Below are positions 1-15,233 of a stretch of DNA of 64,000 nt, piece after piece. The position numbers were made by a program, and so were the translations under genes. The notes beneath the pieces were generated by a model. The model searched no databases. It saw only the letters and a list, made by a program, of their open reading frames with translations, and was not told the DNA's origin. Every line of letters begins with the position of its first letter. The stretch's first letter is position 1. This stretch comes from the human T2T-CHM13v2.0 reference genome, Homo sapiens: NCBI RefSeq assembly GCF_009914755.1, contig NC_060944.1; one strand, given 5' to 3'.

Positions 1-209
1 TCCCAGGCTTACACCATTCTCCTGCCTCAGCCTCCCAAGTAGCTGGGACTACAGGTGCCTGCCACCATGCCCAACTAATTTTTTGTATTTTTAGTAGAGA
101 CGCGGTTTCATCATGCTAGCCAGGATGATCTCCATCTCCTGACCTCATGATCTGCCCACCTCGGCCTCCCAAAGTGCTGAGATTACAAGTGTGAGTCACC
201 GTGCCCGGC
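1..209 (-). mobile_element. Alu SINE, AluY/Sc-like, cut by window edge
   Basis: Reverse Alu: ccattctcctgcctcagcc...gatctccatctcctgacctcatgatc...ccaccgtgcccggc-like end. Confidence 0.95.
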
Positions 210-239
210 ACCTATTTCTTTTTATATATATATATTTTT

Positions 240-1265
240 AGTAGCTGACATCATGAAACATTTTCTCTAAGTATTTTGTCATTTGTTTTCTAAAATAAGA
301 ATTTTCTCCTACAAAATCACAATATTATTATTCTACCTAAGAAAAGCCACAATCATTTAATAATATTATCTAAACTAGGTAATATTAATATTATCTTGAT
401 TAGATAACTAGACTATAGTCATATTTCTCCATTTTTACGTGTCTAAGTCTGTTTTATGTTGCTGTAACATAATATCACAGACTGGATCATTTATAAAGAG
501 TAGAAGTTTATTTAACCCCCATTTCTGGAGACTGGGAAGTCCAAGAGCATGGCACCAGCACCCGGTGAGGGCTGTCTTCCTATATCATAACATGGTGAAG
601 GGTATCACATGGAGAGAGGGCGAGAGTGTGCCAGCTCAGATCCCTTGTCTTCTTCTTATTAAGCCACCAGTCTCATCATGGGGGTCCCACCCTGATGACC
701 TTATCTAACCCTAATTAACTCTCAAAGGCCCCACCTCCAAATACCATTAATATGTGAATCTGGGGATTAAATTTCCAACACATGAAATTTGGGAGACACA
801 TTCAAACCACAATATTACCTAAAATATCTTTTCTAGAAATATTTTTTCAAACCAGAATGTTTAATCTAGCGTGATCTTCCTCAGATATGTTTTTTTCCCC
901 ATAGCATTTACTTCTTTAAGAGATCAAACCAGCTATCTTGTGGCATGTCTCTTATTCTAGATTTCTCTCATTGTTTCTTCAAGGTATTTAATTTGTTCCT
1001 ATTTCTCTTGTATGTCTTACAGGCTAGAAAGAAAATCCAAAGGCTTGATTAAATTACAAAGATATTAAACATTGTTGGTAATAATTCTTCATAAATGATG
1101 CTGCCTAATTCATTTTACATTACATCAGGAGGCATATAAAATCAGATGGTCCCACTATTTGTGATAAATGCTGTTGTTGGTTAAGGTGGTGGCTTATGGA
1201 TTTCTCTACCAGAAAGATACATTTCCCATTGCCACTGCCAATCTATGGAGTGATATTCTGGCATA
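240..1265 (-). mobile_element. Old L1 (L1MC-like) 3' region, interrupted by MST LTR
   Basis: Degenerate L1MC-type 3' sequence on both sides of 440-812. Confidence 0.5.
440..812 (-). mobile_element. MaLR solo LTR (MST family, MSTC/D-like)
   Basis: tgtctaagtctgttt...ctgggaagtccaagagcatggcaccagca...gacacattcaaaccac matches reverse MST. Confidence 0.8.
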
Positions 1266-1412
1266 AGTCCTAATATAGTTTTAACTTATATTTTTATAAC
1301 TAGAGGTTGATAAACAATATTGAAGTATATAACTTCTGATTTTTACAAGTTGCTATTGTCCACATAGCATTCATCTCTTTGTTTCTGTATAATAAATGTG
1401 TTCAACTACATT

Positions 1413-1630
1413 ACAGTCAGCAAACTAAAGCCCATGGACCAAATCTGGCCCACTTCCTGTTTTCATAAATAAAGTTTTATTGGGACACAGCCACTCTCAT
1501 TTATTTACATATTATCGTGACCTTTTTTTTTTTTGTATCGTGTCAGCAGAGATGAGTATTGTAACAGAAATCCTATGGCCCACAAAGCCAGAAATATTTA
1601 CTCTTTATAAAAAAAAATTGCCCCCTTCCC
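1413..1630 (+). mobile_element. MER58A (hAT-Charlie MITE)
   Basis: cagcaaactaaagcccatggaccaaatctggccc...taaagttttattgggacacagccac. Confidence 0.8.
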
Positions 1631-2087
1631 ACCCCAGAATTAGACGGTCTCAGATCTCTCTGAGTGCTAGCATTGTATTTTGCATATTCCTGCCAGATTA
1701 TCTAGCACCAAATCTGGCTGGTGAGTACCTAGATTCTTACAATAGCTTTATTGAGGAATAACTGGCATACAATAAGTTGCACATATTTAAAGTGAATAAC
1801 TTGAATAGTCTGACATACTAATATATCTGTGAAAACATCACTATGATCAAGATATTGAATAAATCTGTCACCCACAAGTTTCCTTACATCCCTTTGTCAT
1901 CTCTTTCCCACTCCACAGTAACCATTGGTCAGCTATAGTTACCATAGATTAGTTTGCATCTTCCAGAATGATATATAAAAGGAGTATATACAGTATGTAC
2001 TCTTCTTTTGTTTGGCTTTTGTCACTCAGCATAATTATTTTGAGATTTATCCACGTTCCTGCATGTGAAGGAAACCAAAATATTTCA

Positions 2088-3541
2088 CAACATCCTAAGC
2101 CCCACCTGCAACCAACTGAAGAGACCCTTTCTTAGCCAAGAGGAGCCCAGAAAAACCTTAAAAATGGAATTCCCAGTCACGATGGGAAGGGAGGTTGAAC
2201 ACACTTCATTATACCCCCTCTCTTTTGGAATTTACACACAACTGACCAGCATTAATGTTTCAGTAGAGATCACAAGACTGACAGAATGGACTCTTTGTGG
2301 CAGTAAGATACCAAAGTATAAAAGACCTAAGGCAATGCAAGGCCAGGATTAAGTCACACCCTACAAACCAAAAAATCTTGTTAAACTTTTTTAAATTAAC
2401 CTGATACAACGTAGCTTAATATCCAACCTGACTATGGTATAGCATCACATGACAGACAGTAGGACCCCTTATCTTAACATAAGCATTCCTTTGTATTGAC
2501 TTCAAGTCTTTAGACAAAGCACAACTCTTTCAACCAATTGCTAACTAAAGATTTCCTAAAATCCACCCATGACTGTATAGCAGGTAGGCAGACATAAGCA
2601 GGGAAGGAGAGCACCCCTGTCCCCAACCAGGAATGTCAGGCGATCATCAGGTGATGGTCAGGCAGTTGTTTACTGTCTCTAAAGTAATAACTGGTTGCAG
2701 CCAGTGCCAGGGAAAGGCAGTCTCCCTGTAGATAAAAAAACCCCTGAATCTGGTGATCAGCAGCTTCCTGATAAGAACTCAGGAGTTGGGTGAGTGGGCT
2801 CACACATGCACATTAAGAGGCAAAATGGCAGAGTGTAACTGGTATATGACCTCCTAAGGAAATACAGCTGGTAAGGGAAGAACATCTTTGGTAAGCATTC
2901 ATACAACTCCGGGAAACACACTGTGCATGCTCCCCTCCCAAGTGCTAGCAAGCACTGCACATGCAGACAACCCACCCCAAGGGAAGAATCAGGGGAGAAG
3001 GGACACAAGACCCTGGAAGTGTGCCAACATATAAAACCCCAAGTCAAAAGGTCAAACCCCGCGCTTGCCCTCCAAGGTGCCCATGTGGCCCTCATCTAAT
3101 TGTGCTTTACTTTCTTTTCATTCCTGCTGTAAAGCTTTTTAATAAATTTTCATTCCTACCCTAAAACTTGCCTTGGTCTCTTTTTCTGCCTTCTGTCCAC
3201 CAGTCGAATTCTTTCTTCTGAAGAGGCAAGAGTTGAGGTTGCTGAAGACCTGTATGAATTTGCCACCAATAACTAGACTACCTGCCACCACTAACATGAC
3301 TTGTAAGCTTTGAGATGTCCCATATCTGTGGGCTAAACCAATGAATGCTATCCATGTATTGATGTATAATTTTACCTACAATTCCTCTCTTCCTAAAATG
3401 TGAAAAACCAAACTATAACCTGACTGCCTTAGGACCAGTTAAGGTTTCTTTGATTTGTGTTTTCTGTGGGCTGTGGTCACTCATATTGGCTCAAAATAAA
3501 CCTCTTTAAGATATTTTACAGAGCCTGTTTTTTCATTAACA
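2088..3541 (+). mobile_element. ERV1 LTR, MER4 group (middle; split by MER50)
   Basis: ctaagccccacc...cattataccccctctcttttggaatt...actcatattggctcaaaataaacctctttaag...ttaaca. Confidence 0.7.
2574..3296 (+). mobile_element. MER50 ERV1 solo LTR with TGAC TSD
   Basis: TG...CA ends; TGAC at 2570-2573 and 3297-3300; accaggaatgtcaggcgatcatcaggtgatggtcaggc. Confidence 0.85.
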
Positions 3542-6500
3542 CCCCAGAATATGCTTCTCTGATGTATTTCAAGATGGCTATTCAGGAGGTCTGGAAATAT
3601 AAAAATGGCTGAAAAGCCATCTTTTGTGGGGGAGATTTGCATCTGTAGAGAAAATCTGCACTGGCACAGCCAAGCTTTCTCTGAGGTCCTCCCTTGTCCA
3701 ATCTAGGAAAGATGAACTGAGACGTTGACACCTTTAAAGTCTGAAAGAAACCTATACCATCTATTATCTCTGAGGGCTGCCACCTGAGAGGTTTCATCTA
3801 CATAACAAGACCACCTTTGCTAGCCACGTCTCCTCTTCTCCCACTGCCATAACCCACTTGCCACCATCCAAGCCCTATTCTTTCTGTAACCTCAAGATGG
3901 TATAAAAGCTCAACCATCTTGCCTTTCTTTAAGATCTTATATATTTTGTTCCACAAGATAATGCCTGCCTCTCAGGCTCATTCAAATTCAAAAGAGAATC
4001 ATTTACAAGTTAATTCCTGTCTCCCTGGTTCATTCTTTCTCCCTAATACTCACTTACTGTCCTGCAAGAGAATTGTCTACATTCCTCATATCCTCCCTCC
4101 CTTATGAAAAAGGTATATAAGCTTCTTCAACTCATTTAGGGGGTTGGGGTAAACACTCCATGGTTCTCCTCATGCATGTTAATAAATCTGTATGCAATTT
4201 CTCCTATTAATCTGCCTTCTATATGTTGATTTTCCAGCAAACCTCCAGAGGGCAAAGGGGAAGCTTTCCCTTGGCCCCTATACCTGTCTCCTTTTTTATT
4301 GCTGAGTGTTATTCCATTGTAGAAATATACTACAATTTATTTGTTCGGTCACCTGTTAATGGACATTTGGGTTGTTTCCGGTTTTACGTTACTACAAATC
4401 AAGCTGCTATAAACATATTGTACAAGACATTATATGGACACATGCTATTATTTTTCTTGAGTGAATATCTAGAAGTGAACTGTCTGGATCATATGGTAGT
4501 GTGTGTTTAACTTTTAAGAAACAGGGCAGGTCTTTAAAAATGTTTATAGTGACTTCACATTCAGAAGCCTCTGTCATTTAGGGTTGTGTTTCATTAACTT
4601 TTTATTGTTTTTAAATCCCAAGATAGAAAATTATACCAACAGTCAAGAGAAATTCATGAACTCTGATCATTTATATTAGTAAACATAATGTACATATAAA
4701 TAAACTGGCACAAAGTACATATTGCAGTCATTTTCAAATGATACTTTGAAATTAGTTAATTCTAGTTTAAGATACTTTGTAAGTAATTATATGTTTCAAG
4801 GATTCTCTTCCTTCTCAGAAGCTACTTCAGTGATTAAAAAGCTTAAAAGGTTGATGTCTATGTTTTATATTTCCAAAAATCTCAGAATACAACCACAGGT
4901 TCTGAAACTTCATGGTATTGAGGATCCTTTTCTTTGAGTTGGGAGCCACTTAAGGGTCTTCTCATTATTTTGGAGGATTCAACCAGATCTTTTTAATTGT
5001 CTGGTGGCAAATAACAGGTAGCAACTCTGGCTAGCTTTTTAAAGGAAAATGTATTGTCAGGGTGTGGTCCAGCTCCCAGGATGAAGAAAGTTGAAGAACT
5101 GGGTTTGAAAGAGGTGAGACCCAGGGAATCAGAGTGCCTTCTCCAGGAGCATCTCCACAGCCTCCCAGGGCTACAACACTCAAGGAATTCAGCTGCAGCA
5201 GTTTCTTTCCTCCTTGCATCTCTCAACTCAAGTTTCAAAGTCTGAGAATGAAGCAACCTCTGCACCAACATCAGAACATGAGCTATGCACGTGGATGCAC
5301 CAGGATAGCAAAAGGAAGGGTCTAGCAAAAGAAGTCTTCAAACTTGCCATTAACTATTAGCATGCCTGTGCAAGCAATTGGGTGTGCCATCCCACCAAGA
5401 CTGCACAGAGTGGAGGAGAGTTCATCACCCCCAGGAAACTGAAACTGTCAGAAAAGGCAAATGAATGCTGCTCTGCCTAAAGGCTGACAACCCCTTATAT
5501 TGGCAAGTGGTGTTAGAAGAGATGCATTCTATTCTCTTCAAGTTCAATCAGATCTTAAAACCCACTTTAGCTTTCTATCTAATGGTTATCAAGAAAAATG
5601 TGTTCTTTCTGCTTGACCTTCACTTCTTCAAACAGAAAACAAAACCACAGTGTCTGAGGGAGCTAAATAGAGCTCAGATACACATGAGAAATCCTGGCTT
5701 ATCATTTTAATGGAAGACTGACCCTGTGCAGGCCAGCATTGACAGTAGCACCAGACTATTGGCTGTTGTACAGAGTCCTGACTCAAGCAGCAGGTACCTT
5801 ATTTGCAATTAAAACCCTTGACTGAGAAGAATAACCTTCCACTTTCAGCAAACCGCAGGTAGCTTCTATTCTGCAGCATGTGGGACTGCACTAAGACTTG
5901 TGAGAATTGCACAATGTTGATGGCATGTGGAATGTTGTGCAATAGCACAAGTTCTCATATGCTAGGAGAGAGTTTAGGTTTGAGACCCCTGAGAACTGGG
6001 AATGGATGAGATGACTGTTAAATATATAATCCTATGATGTTTAAAGACAAAAAGATAAGGTAAGAACATGTTTCTGTCCTACGAGATAACTTTGTTGCTC
6101 CTAGTTACAGAAACTCTTAACTGCACTTTGTTCAGTCTGAGGAAAGACTTGAATAAATAAAAATAGCTAGCAGTAGAAGGAATGTCCTTGTGCACAGTTG
6201 TATAAAGTTTTAACATTAGCTTGCACCTTTTCAGACAACATTTTCTAAGTATTTGAAAAACTAAGTTTAGACTTACAGAAAAGTTGCAAATATACAAAGA
6301 GAGCTCCCGAATATCCTTTACCCAGATTTCCTTAAGGCTAACATCTTATGTAATTTGGTACAACTATCAAAGTCAAGAAATTAACATCAATGCAGTACTA
6401 TTAACTAATCTACAGATGTTATTTGAATTCTGCCTGTTTTCCCACTAATGTCCTTATTGTGGTCCAGGATCTAATCCAGGATTCCACATTGCAATTAGTT

Positions 6501-6650
6501 ATTGCGTCTGCTTGGTCTCTTCTAATCTATGACAGTTTTTCTTTTTCTCTCATGGCCTGGGAACTTTTGAAGTATACAAATCAGTTGTTTTGTGGAACAC
6601 TCTTTAATTTGGTTTTGTCTGATATTTCTCTCAGAATCAGAGTGAGGCTA

Positions 6651-7336
<686 letters not shown>

Positions 7337-8239
7337 GCATCTGTGGCAGGGATACCACGGAAGGGCCACTGTGCCCTTTCAGTGCATCACGTTGAGGGCA
7401 CCTGGTAACAACCTAACTTCTGGTATGACTCATTTTGATCCCTTGATTAACGTGGTGTTGGTGAGGTTCCTGCACTGTCGTTCCTGTTTCCCTGTGCTAA
7501 AATGTTTTAAAAAGATACTTTGTGACTATGCAAATACCCTGCTTCTCATCATACTTTTACCCATTAATTTTATCACCCATCAAAGATTCTTGCTTCTCAA
7601 TAATTGTCACGGTGGCGTTTACTTGAAAGTAGTTTTCTATTTTTATCACTTCTACGTTTTCTATGTTCATCACTGGAATTCAACTGTGAGGCAGAATTTA
7701 GCAAGAATTTTCTAAATGTCTATGCTGTGAGGGCACCGGGTCAGGGGACCAGCCTTCCTTCTGTTCTTCTAGGGGGTCAGTGCTGGTCAGACAAGCTCTG
7801 TCTGGCTGTTTGATCCCCCCCACAGCAGCTGCTGAGGGAGGAGGAGAGGATCCACTCCCCTTGGCTCTTTGCTGCCCCTGTGTTTTTTCTCCTGCTGTTC
7901 CTTACACCGGAATGCCTTCCCCCTCACCATCTAATTGTTCTTCAGGCCTCAGCTCCTATAAATCCTTAGCAGGGAGCTTTCCTGTGCTTCTTCCTCCACA
8001 ACCTTAGCACTTCTGTGTGCTCTCTCTGTCACAGCAAAGAATATGCTATCACAAAACAGCCACATTTTCTTTTACGAGTCTCACCACACTGTGAGTAAGA
8101 TCACATTATCTCTAGATTCCTGAGCTATCTGGCAATGTCTGACTTACAGGACCTCCCTGGGAAGGGTTAGATGAAGAATGAATGAATGTAAAATGGAGTA
8201 TTTGTCACAACCCCCTTTTTCACATTGAACATTGCAACA

Positions 8240-9190
8240 TATTTATTAAGGTATAATTCATACAGAAAAAAATTCACTTTTGAGGTGTGTAGTTCTATAA
8301 ATGTTGATGAATGTATAGTGTCAGGTAGTCATTACCACATTAAGATACAGAAATTTTGCACCACCCTGATAAAGTTTTCTTGTCCTCTCTAAGGTCATTT
8401 ACCCTTACCTCCACCTTCACCCCTGGCAACCCCTGATCTATTCTCTACTAATTTAGTTTTGCCTTTTTCTGAATGTCATATAACTGGAATTGTAAAATAT
8501 GGAGCCCTTAGAATTTGACTTGTTTTAACTTACCATAATTCTTGTGAAATCCATCCATATTGCTGTTTCTATCAGTACTTTAGTCCTTTTTATTGTTGAG
8601 TAATATTCCATTTTATGGATTTATTATGGTTTCTCCATTCACCAGACACTGGACATTAGGTTGTTTCCAGTTCTGAGGATGACAGCTAAAGCTGCCACAA
8701 GCATTCATGAACCTTTTTTTTTTTTTTTGCATGTAGACTTATGTCTTCATTTCTCATGTGAACATACCTAGGAATAGAAAGGCTGGGTCATATGGTAAGT
8801 AAATGATAGACATCAGAAAATGCTGCCAAACCACTTTCCCAAGTGGCTGCAGCTCTTTGCATTCTGACCAGCACTATGTGGGAGTTTCTCCTCACTCTCA
8901 CCAGAACACTGAAAGCTAGGGTGAGTGTCCCCCCCTGTTATTTTAGACAAATTATGTTAGCTCTCTTTTCATGGGCTTATTGCCTTTTTATTTTTTTTTT
9001 CATTCCTGAGACTACTGGGGAAGTATATCTTCTCTGCTGAAGCATGTATTCAGATCTTTTGCCCATTTATTTTTCCGTCATTTTTTATTATTGAATTTTG
9101 AGACCTCTTTATATATTCCGTATAGAGCAGAACTTTTAAAATTGGATGAAGTCCAATTTATTATTTTTTTCCTTTTGTGGTTTGTTCTAA
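8240..9190 (-). mobile_element. Old L1 (L1ME/L1MB) 3' end
   Basis: tttattaaggtataattcatac...ccctggcaacccctgatcta...ggacattaggttgtttccag. Confidence 0.75.
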
Positions 9191-11149
9191 CATTTATTTG
9201 TTTTGGTTGATTAGTTGTTGGTTAAACCTCCTTGTCTGAATTCTTTTCTTCACCTTGGTAAGATTATTTTGGAAAACAATACAAGTCATGGTTTCTAGGC
9301 AAGTGACGTCATTTTCTTATAGGTTAAATGGGAAGAAAAGTTTCTTCTTTTTGGGAAATTTTTGTGTTGTCTCTGGTAAAAGTCAAGATATTTGCCTGCA
9401 GTGAGAATGAGAAAATGATTGGGCTTTTAGAGTTTTATGTTAGTAGCAGCAGCAGGTGGAAGAGGCAAGAAGGAGTGAGGATATACAGCAAAAGACCTGA
9501 CAGAATAAAGTGATGTCAGGGGCTCCTCGCCTGGAGGGAGAGAAGGAGAAGCAGCAGGAGAGGGAATTCGGAGAGGGACCACCTTTCCATTGACACAGAC
9601 ATGCCCTCAAGCAGGAAATAAAAGTTGGAGAAGAAGGTAAAAAATTATTATTCAAATTTGTATTATTCAATATAAAATTATTATTATTCAGGTTTTTGTC
9701 TAAAAACAGGAAAGAAATAGAAAAAAAACCCCAGATGTTTCTATGTATTGATGGTGTCATTACCACTTCCAGAGGAAAGGTACCTTTTTCTGGAAGTATT
9801 TTCTGGCCTCGGTTCCCTTTAGAAGGTCAGTTTAAAAAAAAAAAAGGAAAGGGAATGCCATACAACAGAGTCAAGTGTCTCTTACAAGGAGTGCCTGCTA
9901 TGTGCCAGCATTTGTGCCAAGAACTATACATGCTGCCCCCCAGCCCACCTTATTTGGTGTTTACACCACCTTGCTGAGGACTCAGCATGCAAGGAGGCTC
10001 TGGTCCAATAACTGCAGAATATAATAGAATATAAGTGACCCAACAATACAGTATAACTGAAAGTCTGTGTTGACTCTCTTGGGAAAGTCAAAGTTTGTTC
10101 TTCTTTACCGTACTTCACTGCATCAGGCTTCTCTTTCTGAAGACAAATGAATTCAGAGAGAAACACTGGGCTCTCAAGGTAGTAACTGAATAATGCTCTG
10201 CTAAGATAGAGTGACTTCGCAACATCCTGTCCCATCACATCCTGCGCTATAATATAGGTACATCTTAGGACAAAAATGCCCTTCTTTGACATTGTTTGCA
10301 TGTATCATTGCAGATTCCCTTGACTCTACTTCCCTTCCAGACTGGGGAGGTTTTAGGTACACAAGGGTGGCCCTCCCCAGCCCAGCCCATCATAAGAAGC
10401 TTCTGATAGAGTCATTTTTCACCACCTACCTCACAAGTAAATTGTGCATCACCTTTCAAGTAGGATGGGATAAGATCTTATCAGACAGGCCTTCACTAAC
10501 TGGAACCAGAAAAAAAAATCTGTCCATCTGGCCTGGGCAATATGCCCTCCTGGAAAATTACTGGATAGCTCCAAACTCCATAAAAATACATTCCTTAAAA
10601 TGCCAGCAGAAGGCACAGACTTATGGAGAAATGAAGAAATTATGCAGCCTGCACAAAGCTCCATTCATCACAGGCCTGGGGAACAAGAATAAATGCCCAC
10701 CCAGACTTTGTGCCAGGAACATTAATAATTAGTTCATAGGAGCTGTCACTCAGGAATGCCCCGGCCCTGATTCAGATTCTAGGCATGGGAGAATGTAATA
10801 TAAACACTCTGAGACTAGAGCAATGGGACACTTCGTCCTGTGTGGGTTGAGAATCAGAAGCAACCCTCCTGCTACCAGGAGGCAGTGAGAAGTGATGGCT
10901 TTGGGGATGTCTCTATGGGCTAAGGAAGGCTTGCCAAGTTAATTCCAGCTGACTTTCCTTTTCTCTTACTGAACTTTTTACAGAAATTTGTTGTTGTTGT
11001 TGTTGTCTTCCTGGCAGAGGGGAAAGCTATCAGACTAAGGTCCACCGTGTGCCTCCTTATCTCTTCCACTGCCACCGTCTGCTCTCAATTGCTGTGACGT
11101 CCCTTAACCGGCCTCCCCACTTTCTCCTTCTCACGATCCTTCATACCTG

Positions 11150-11519
11150 TGTTATGGGCTGAATTTCATATACTGAAGTCCTAACTTCCAGTACATCAGA
11201 ATGTGACTGTACTTAGAGATAGGGTCTTTAAAGAGGTACCTAAGTTAAAATGAGGTCATTACAGTGGGCTTTAATACAATATGATGGGTGTCCTTATAAG
11301 GAGAGGAAATTAGGACACAGACACACAGAGAGAAGGCCATGTGAAGATGCAGGTAGAAGGCGGCTGTCTACAAGCCAAGGAGAGAGGCCTGAAAGAAACC
11401 AGCCCTCCCACCACCTTGATCTCAGACTTCCAGCCTCCAGAACTGCAAGAAATAAAATTCTGTTGTTTAAGCTCCCCAGTCTGTGATAGTTTGTTATAGA
11501 GCCCTGGCAAACTAGTACA
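11150..11519 (+). mobile_element. MLT1B MaLR LTR
   Basis: tgttatgggctgaa...agatagggtctttaaagagg...ccctggcaaactagtaca. Confidence 0.85.
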
Positions 11520-12827
11520 CACTGCCACCTCACAAATCACTCCATGCCCTTCCTCAGGCACTGACAGTGACCTTCTGCTGCCTAATGATTAAAATGCGAA
11601 GGTCTGGCCCTGGCAATGAAGTCACTTTTATAACGATCCTCCTTCATCTTGCCTTACAGTGCCCTACTTACTTCTACGTTCAGCTCCCTTGAGCATCAGT
11701 TTTTAACCCACACTTTCTCATTCCTTGGCCTGTGCCTGTGCTGTTCCCATGCTGACATCACTCTTCCCTCAATCTCAAGCATGGGCCCCCTTCTCCATGG
11801 AGATTTTCTTACTCTCCCAGCTGAGACAGCCCTCTTTGATATTTCTTCTATGATGTGTATAATTTCCACTCACATTCTAAACATTTATGCACATGTTCTG
11901 TGTATCTAGGAGCCATGCCGGATTCAACTTTGCATTTCTTCTAGTCCCAACATATTTCGTTGCACACTAGAAGTTCTCTACCAATATTTGTCGAATAACT
12001 AGTAGAAATAACATGTGAGTGTTAATGTCTGTATGAACCCCTGCTAAGAAATATTTGTGCTTAAATGTATTTTAAAAGGTAGAATGGGGTAATGAAAATA
12101 ACCAGCTAGTGATGAAACAAGTCTGGCTACAAATGTTGGCCAGACCACCACTTAGTGTCTTTCTGCATGTCCCTTGACTTTACTGTCTCTTTGCTACCTC
12201 TAAAGGGGATATTTCTACCTCTTCTATAGGATTGTTATACGGATTAGAGACAGTAAATGTGCAAAGTTGTTACACATACTAGACCCTCAGAAATGTTAAT
12301 TTCCCTCCTTTATACTCATCTGAAAATACTTTACCTAAAGAAATAAGGTTCTAACAGGAGAATTTTAAACATTAGAGGCAACTGACTGGGCCAGCCATCT
12401 TTGTAGGAAGCTCTCACTGTCTGAGGAGCCCACACACAGTCCTGTACCATGCTAGGTAAACAACCTGCTCCTCTACTCCCCACTTAAGTCATGAATACTG
12501 AGAACAAGGTGATCAGAAGAGATTCTCATTCATTCTAGTCATTAGATCTGACATGAGAACTCCACATACTGTTTAAGGGCTTCATTGTGTGTGTCCAAAG
12601 GGCCAGGGGCTGTTATACCTCAATCTGGCTTGATGGGATCCTGGCTGGCATATTGTGAGAATACAACACCTGTGAAGTTTGGTTCATTTCAGCAGATATT
12701 TAACAAGTGCCTTCCACTTGTGGATCTACAGAGTGTACTTCCTCACCTTCCGTCATTTTCACCCCCATGTGGATGTAAACAGACACACAGGCAGAGCACT
12801 GTGAACTAGAGCAGGTGATTGCAAGTT

Positions 12828-13461
12828 CAGTGGGTCCTCATTATTAGTGTATTCTGTATTTGCAAATTCACCTATTTGCCAAAATTTATTTGTAACCCCC
12901 AAATCAATACATACTGCACTTTCACCATCATTTAAAGACATGTACAGAGCAGCAAAAATTTTAGCCACCTGACATTGCTGTTCCCAGCAGAGATGGTGCT
13001 CTGTCTCCTCATTTTAGCTCTCATACTGTAAACAAGTGTCCATCTCAAGGTCCATGTAGTGCCACATTTTCCACAGTTTTGTACTTTTTGTTGGTGATTC
13101 TGCTGTTTAATACAGATCCCAAGCATTGGCTATGCTGTCTAATATTCACAGGTGCAAAAAGGCTGTGACATGACTTACAGGGAAATACATGTGATTGATA
13201 AACTTTGATCAGGCATGAGTTCTAGTGCCACTGGCTGTGAATTCAATGTTAATGAATCCACAATGTATATTAAATAAGGGGTTTTTAAGCAGAAACACAA
13301 ATAAAACAAGGATATGTCAATTGGTTGATAAAAATATGACCAGAGGCTCTTAGGAACTTAATCTTATATTTCCCCTTAGGAACAATGGTTCAGTATTTAC
13401 TAATTCACCTTTCACGGTGACTTTATAGAACATAAATACAGCAAATAATGATAACTGACTG
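12828..13461 (+). mobile_element. MER82 (TcMar-Tigger) DNA transposon
   Basis: cagtgggtcctcattatt...aataatgataactgactg inverted termini; internal match to MER82. Confidence 0.85.
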
Positions 13462-13859
13462 CATTTGGTATAAAATTCAGTTTGGAAGTTGAAAGTGGTA
13501 GATGAGGTTGGAGAGACACAAGCAAGGAAGTTTCTTAAATGGCAGGACTGGGCTTTGTCTTGCTGCTGGAGAGTCAATGGCAGGGAAACATGATTAAATC
13601 TTTATTTTTACATTCTGGTGCCCATGAAAGGAATGAGTTTGAAGAAGGGTTTGACAAGGGGTGGTGGTGGATAAAACAGCTTTCCAGGATTCTTTTCCCT
13701 GCATCAGCTGGTGGCACAGGACTTCTAAGTATAACTTCCACTTCTAAAAATATAACATTGTGCATGCAATGGACTGGAAAAATGAGAAAGCTTGCTCCAA
13801 AGAGCCACATAAGCCATGGTTAGCCACACTGAGTGTGTGGCTGAGCAAACACTTAGTAA

Positions 13860-14832
<973 letters not shown>

Positions 14833-15233
14833 TGCTATGAGTTGACTTGTGTCCCCCCAAAATTTGTATGTTGAAACACTAATCCCCAGTGTGATGGTAT
14901 TTGGTGACAGGGCCTTGGGGAGATAATTAAGTTTAGAAGAGGTCATGAGTGTGTGGGACATAATCTCTTTGTGACTGTGTTAGGATTACTGTCCTTCTAA
15001 GAAGAGACACCAGAGAGCTGGCTCTCTCTCCCTCAACCCTTACCTCCCACCACGTGAGGACACAGAAAAAGGCAGCCAGCTATAAACCTGAAAGACAGGC
15101 CTCACCAGAAACCAACTATGCTGTCACCTTGATCTTGTTCTTCTAGTATCTAGAACTGTGGAACAATACATTTCTATTATTTAAGTCACTCCATCTATGG
15201 TATTTTGTTATGGCAAATGAATAGTCTAAGGCA
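14833..15233 (+). mobile_element. MLT1A MaLR 3' LTR
   Basis: tgctatgagttgacttgtgtccccccaaaatt...tatggtattttgttatggca...ctaaggca. Confidence 0.8.

Larger units (their letters stand above)
2065..4282 (+). mobile_element. ERV1 LTR, MER39/MER34 group (outer; parts 2065-2087 and ~3542-4282)
   Basis: tgaaggaaaccaaaatatttcac|ccccagaatatgc...; ends cagagggcaaaggggaagctttcccttggccccta. Confidence 0.65.
1741..4522 (-). mobile_element. L1MB-like 3' end split by nested ERV1 LTRs (L1 parts 1741-2064 and ~4283-4522)
   Basis: agctttattgagg...gagatttatccacgtt resumes as ttttattgctgagtgttattccattg after the LTR nest. Confidence 0.75.
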
